Source: Eledone cirrhosa
Taxonomy: Eukaryota
Direction: 5' to 3'
Assembly: GCA_964016885.1 (NCBI GenBank)
Contig: OZ024740.1
Coordinates: 179,614,001-179,678,000, forward strand
Length of the DNA: 64,000 nt
Shown: in pieces, positions 59,031-64,000 of the stretch
Layout: each line of letters begins with the position of its first letter
Numbering within the stretch: position 1 is the first letter of the stretch
Translations under genes and position numbers: made by a program
Notes under the pieces: model-generated
What the model was told of the DNA's origin: nothing
The model's input: the letters and a program-made list of their open reading frames with translations, nothing else
Databases searched by the model: none

Positions 59031-59633
59031 TATATATATATATGTGCTACTGGTAACATGTATCCCAGAACAACCTGTATCATGGTCGGGTCGTTGGCGA
59101 CTAAACTGGCAACCCCACCAAGGTTTCTTGGTGAGGAGGGTGACTTTGGACATCCTGCAGGACTAAAAACAAAACCTGTCAAAGGGCAAAGGACCTCTTA
59201 AGAGTCAATGGCCATCCAAAATCACCGGAAGAGATGACCCCTTAGCCTTTGTCAAGGCAGAATTCTAGGAGAAGCAAAACTCTGATATAAGACCTGCAAC
59301 CCTGATGGTATCCAATGATGTTGACTTACTCTTCTTTTTCGTAAATATCATCTTGGTTAAGAGAGTTGGACTGCCTTTGTGCAGTGCCTTTGCTCACTAT
59401 AAAAGCTTCACGGCACAGGCATTGCTTTATATCTGGAGATCTCTCTGCATTTGTCATCACATGGTACCATGGGTCCAGCACTATGTGTCAATAATTGTCA
59501 CAAGTGTAGTGTTTGTACCAGAGATTTCAAGTCGCTGGCTGGACTAAAAAGTCACACTTGTTCAGCGCATCGGTAGGGGTTCTCCTACATGGATATAAAG
59601 TAGTGGCCGCACTCGATAACTAGCTGGCAGCCA

Positions 59634-59662
<29 letters not shown>

Positions 59663-59664
<2 letters not shown>

Positions 59665-60636
59665 CTATAGAGTAAAGCATGTCCAGAGAATTATTTGATA
59701 ATATATATATATCATCTCTACTCCCAATCAGCATAATTAACCACACACAAAATAAATTAGACCAGGCCATAAGAATAAAAGGCATCTATGAAGAAACAGT
59801 AAATAAAGACTCCATCGTGGCGTCTTCGCGTGCAACCGCTATAGAATATTTACCCAACATTTCGACAGCACGTGGAAATTAATTAAATACACGGTCAACC
59901 ATACATAATGAGGTAAAAATTAATGCTAGAAATGCATATATACATACCAGGACTAAATCCCCAAATCCCGACCCTTTGGTTTCGCTCACTTTTGAGATAC
60001 CTTATTTAAGATTCATACTCGAGTTTTAGAGCTCTTCAGGGGATAAACTCACTAGGACATATTATTTTCCGAAGTGATCCCGCTAAACACGAATTCAAAA
60101 TGGTTGAGAACTGTGACGTGGCAATGGTCAAGTCAGGAAGGGTGTGATTGGCTGCTTACGGCGAGTGGGTTGGTTGCTAGAAAGCGCAGCCCAATATCGC
60201 CCAAATTTTTATCTCAACCTTATGGAAGATTATTACATATAAATATTTACACATACACCAATTAAACAAAGTTACAGGTATATATGTGTTTTTGCAACTT
60301 TTCACGGTGTGGCTCAATGGAGAATTAATAAATGAATCAGAGCGAAATACTATAGAGTAAAGCATGTCCAGAGAATTATTTGATAATATATATACATCTC
60401 TACTCCCAATCACCATAATTAACCACACAAAAAATCAATTAGACCAGGCTATAAGAATAAAAGGCATCTATGAAGAAACAGTAAATAAATACGCCACCGT
60501 GGTATCTTCGCGTGCAACTGCTATAGAATATTTACCCAACATTTCGACAGCACGTGGAAATTAATTAAATACACGGTCAACCATACATCATTAGGTAAAA
60601 ATTAATGTTAGAAATGCTTATATACATACCAGGACT
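59663..60636 (-). mobile_element. Non-coding partial-tandem element (two ~290-bp direct repeats, 685-bp period) carrying a hammerhead; pLTR/retrozyme-like
   Basis: 59663-59954 is repeated at 60348-60636; abuts (TA)n; intact hammerhead in the spacer. Confidence 0.7.
59965..60044 (-). ncRNA. Canonical type I hammerhead ribozyme, GUC site
   Basis: Minus strand: AUCCC-CUGAAGA-GCUC..(extended stem II)..GAGC-GAAA-CC aaag GG-UC-GGGAU; complete core including G10.1-C11.1; predicted cut between 59970 and 59969. Confidence 0.85.
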
Positions 60637-60846
60637 GGAAAGAATCGCTGGACAGATTGTACGGGCAAGACCATCCGACAGGAGACCTAAGTTTAGACCC
60701 CAAGTAAGATAGTTGGAAAACACCCGAACGATGGTCTCGCTTGGGAACAGAGTCGGCTCAGTTGGACACGGTTGCTTAGATAGAACTCGCTGGAAGGAGT
60801 GTTTGAGACTTCTGCACCCACAATTCTCTCGGGCATGAGAAGTAGA
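60637..60846 (+). pseudogene. RTE-like LINE 3'-terminal fragment
   Basis: Translates to RARPSDRRPKFRPQVR... and DRTRWKECLRLL, resembling the RTE C-terminal GRP..RW...A.DR..W motif. Confidence 0.5.
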
Positions 60847-60923
60847 ATATATTTTGATTATGATGTTGATGATGATAATGAAAATGATGATAATGTTGAT
60901 GATCAAAATGAAGATAATGTTGA

Positions 60924-63900
60924 ATAATAATAAAAATAATAATAATAATGTTTTCTTTATTAACCACAAGGGTTTACATAAAGTAGACATTAAGGACAGT
61001 ACAGGCAATACAGGATGGTACAAATGGGCATTTCTGCGTGTAAAAAAAACAGAGGATGTAATAAAATAACAAAGAAAAATTCCCCAATAGGGGGGAGACT
61101 TCCGAGGGACATTTGTGGAGAAAGCCCATTAAAAGACCACAGTGACCCTGACTACCAGGGCAAGTGCCCTCTCCCAGTTTTCCACCTTTAATTTACAGAC
61201 ACATACCCAGAGAAGGCCCATTCATTCGGGCCAAACTTGCTTCTCTCACCCATCTTTCAACAAAATGCTGGGAAGAGAGCACTTCCCTCTCTACCCTGAT
61301 TTTCCTTTTCAAATGAAATTTGAAAAAGTTAATCAGGACATCACCGAAGAGGTAAGTGCTCGTCTTCAGCCCTTTCAAACGTGTCCACCATACTATCTCT
61401 TTCGCCATGGCCACCAGACAGATAAAAACTGCCTGCCCTTCCCGGCTAAAGGAAGAGGGCGGGGCAATCCTCACGATGGGCTCAGCTGATAGCTGGATTC
61501 GTCCTACACGTGACAGCAGGTGTTCGACATAAACCTACAAGTCAGCAATGCACGGACACTGGACGAGTGCGTGCAGGACGGTTTCGTCGCCCTGTGCGCA
61601 TCTCGGACATGCCCGGCTGACGGCACCTCCATGCCTGTAGAGTTTATCCCGAACTAGCAAAGCTCCCCGGTAGCACTGCCAGTCCAGGGATTTCTGGAAG
61701 TTGTCCATAGGCCCCGGCCCGAAAGTTCTCCCGAAGAGATTGGCTAGTTGATTTTCGTCGACGCCTAGAGTTTCTACAAGTACCTCGTCGCTCTTACCCT
61801 CCATTAATCCCCTATAGAACGCCAAGGTGGAGTTTCCACCGATCACATTGCCCGATTGGTCGAGGGCTGTGAGCGCCTGAAGACATTCCAGTCTCCAAGC
61901 GCTCCCTCTCGGTCTTCGCTTGACCCTGGACTGCAGCTCCGTCAAGGAGACGAGCTGGGGAAAAACGTGTCTAGCATTCGGTGACCACACCTGATCACCG
62001 TCGAGGAAGAGGTGGAGATGTCGTAGCCTGAGCGCGTGTCTGCGCATCATCAGCCACGGCATGCCCAGCCCTCCACGTAGCGGGTGTTGACAGCAGATGG
62101 ACCGCCTGACCATCGGAGCGCGTCCCTTCCACAAGAAGCGAAAGAGCAAACGCTCCAGCGCAGTCAGGCGGGGCTTAGGACAAGGTACGACGGTCAGGCG
62201 GTAGAAGATGACGGACGCGATGTACGCGTTAGCCACCTCCGCTCGACCTTTCAGGGATAGCTTCCTCTCGGCCCATTTCTGGATGAGAGAAGCCACCCTG
62301 CTCGTCACCTCGTCCCAGTTGTTGTCCGTCTGGAGGTCTGGACCGAACCAGACCCCTAGCTATTTAACCGGTCCGTCCGTCCAGCGCCGACGACGCTGTT
62401 GGACGGCATGAACCTGCCTCTCCAGGTGCCGAGCTGCAGGCCCACTGACTTTTCCTGGTTGATCATTGCTCCTGTCACCGCTTCGTATTCTGTTAGTGTA
62501 GTGCCGATCGTCTCGATGTGTTTGGCGTTCGACACCACTACGGTGACATCGTTCGCATATGCTGACACGGATATTCCGCATCCTAGTTCGCGCGGGACCC
62601 CCCTCAACGTCTCCAGTTTGTGCAGTAATGGCTCGAGAGTCAATACGTACAATAGGGACGAGAGGGGACATCCTTGGCGGACCGAGCGCATGATGTTGAA
62701 CGGTTCCGAAAGGTGACCGTTCACTCTCACTACAGAGCAGATGTCGCTGTGCATGGCAGCGATCCAGCCTCTGAAGACGGGCCCAAAGCCAGCCACCCTC
62801 AGGACTGCCGCTAGGTAACGATGGTCGACCCTATCGAAGGCTTTCGACTGATCTAAATTGATCAAAGACCCACCCGTGGCAAGTTCCCTAGCTACCCTCT
62901 CTACGATGTATCGCATGAGGTGGAGGTTGTCGTGGATGGATCTGTCGGGAATGGCGCATGTCTGTGCCTCTCCCACCAGACCACCAACGACAAGCGCCCA
63001 CGTCTTTGCTAGCACCTTGGCCAAAATCTTGAACTCTGTGTTTAGCAGAGTTATGGGGCTGAAATTATCTATGTTATCCCCCTTGTTCGGATCCTTTCTC
63101 AGCAGTGCCACCGCTCCTTGGCTCACAGAACTGGGAATTCTCCCGTTCTGTTGCCAGTTGCAGTAGACGTCCGCCAAGAGGTCTCCGAACAAGTCTGGCA
63201 TCTGTACGTAAAGTTCATAGGGCAGACCATCCAAACCAGGCGATTTACCCCCTGTGCAGGCAGTCATTGCCTCCCGTACTTCAGCGGTTGTTATCGGCTT
63301 TTCGCAACACTCCGCCTCAGTGGGCGAAAGCCGCGGCAGTCCGTCGAGGTAGACACTAAAGTCCATCCCTCGATCCGGCCCGCCGCTGCCCCGGAACAGT
63401 TGAGCGAAGTGTCGCTGAAAAGCTTCACACATTTGCCCGTGATCGAGTAGCATGCGCCCGTCGTGGTCCACCAAATACCGGATCGTGGCTTTATTGCCAC
63501 GACACGCCTCCGCCACTCGGGCCCATTGAACGGCTTTCGTCCCCTCGTGTCTGAGAGCACGCACCCTAGCTCTGACAACGCAGCCTTCGTGCTTTGCATT
63601 GAAGAATTGGTCAAGGGCCAATTTCGCCGCAAGTACGTCGGTCGCGATGCCTTTGCTAAGCGCCTCGTCTAATTTTCTAACTAATTCTCCCTCTGCTCTA
63701 TTTTTCTCTATCACTAAAGCCTTACTAAACCTAATGGACTCTATTCTAATTGCTCTTTTCAGAGCAAACCACCACTTGTTGTTGATGATGGCCCCCGTCA
63801 ACGCCCGCTTAACTAGTTCGCTAATCCGGTCTCTGTAGGCCTTGCGCGCTGGTAAGGACGCGTTTAGCTTCCAGTAGCCGGGTCCTCGTCTATGAAGCCT

Positions 63901-64000
63901 ATCCAAGTCAAGCACACAGATCACGAATGTGTGGTCCGTGTAGCTAACTATCTTGAATTGTGGACAGCCTATGCTATACCTATCTATTTCCCTACAAAAT
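60924..64000 (-). mobile_element. Tx1-type LINE, same family, defective; runs past the window end
   Basis: ORF2 pieces 62356-63924, 61535-62308 and 61193-61474; YADD mutated to YAND, plus a frameshift and a stop; (AAT)n tail on the + strand at 60924-60949. Confidence 0.92.

Overview
AT-rich eukaryotic genomic DNA dominated by transposable elements. The SINE, LINE and microsatellite content suggests a mollusc, probably a cephalopod (inference). From ~6.2 to 38.5 kb there is an almost host-free 32-kb stack of non-LTR retrotransposons built on one (ATT)n/(AAT)n microsatellite. It contains three intact head-to-tail 6057-bp Tx1-type (L1 superfamily) LINEs, a 5'-truncated copy, a copy with a different 5'UTR/ORF1, and two antisense R4/Dong-type RLE elements. 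From 38.5 to 61 kb are tRNA-derived SINEs, non-autonomous Helitrons, a fold-back Tc1/mariner derivative, RTE scraps and a Penelope-like GIY-YIG fragment. This region also holds at least seven type I hammerhead ribozyme motifs, mostly in small microsatellite-flanked elements, several of which form long fold-back palindromes that turn at the hammerhead core. A sixth, defective Tx1 copy on the minus strand runs off the right end. No host gene can be confidently called; a few candidate small exons are noted.
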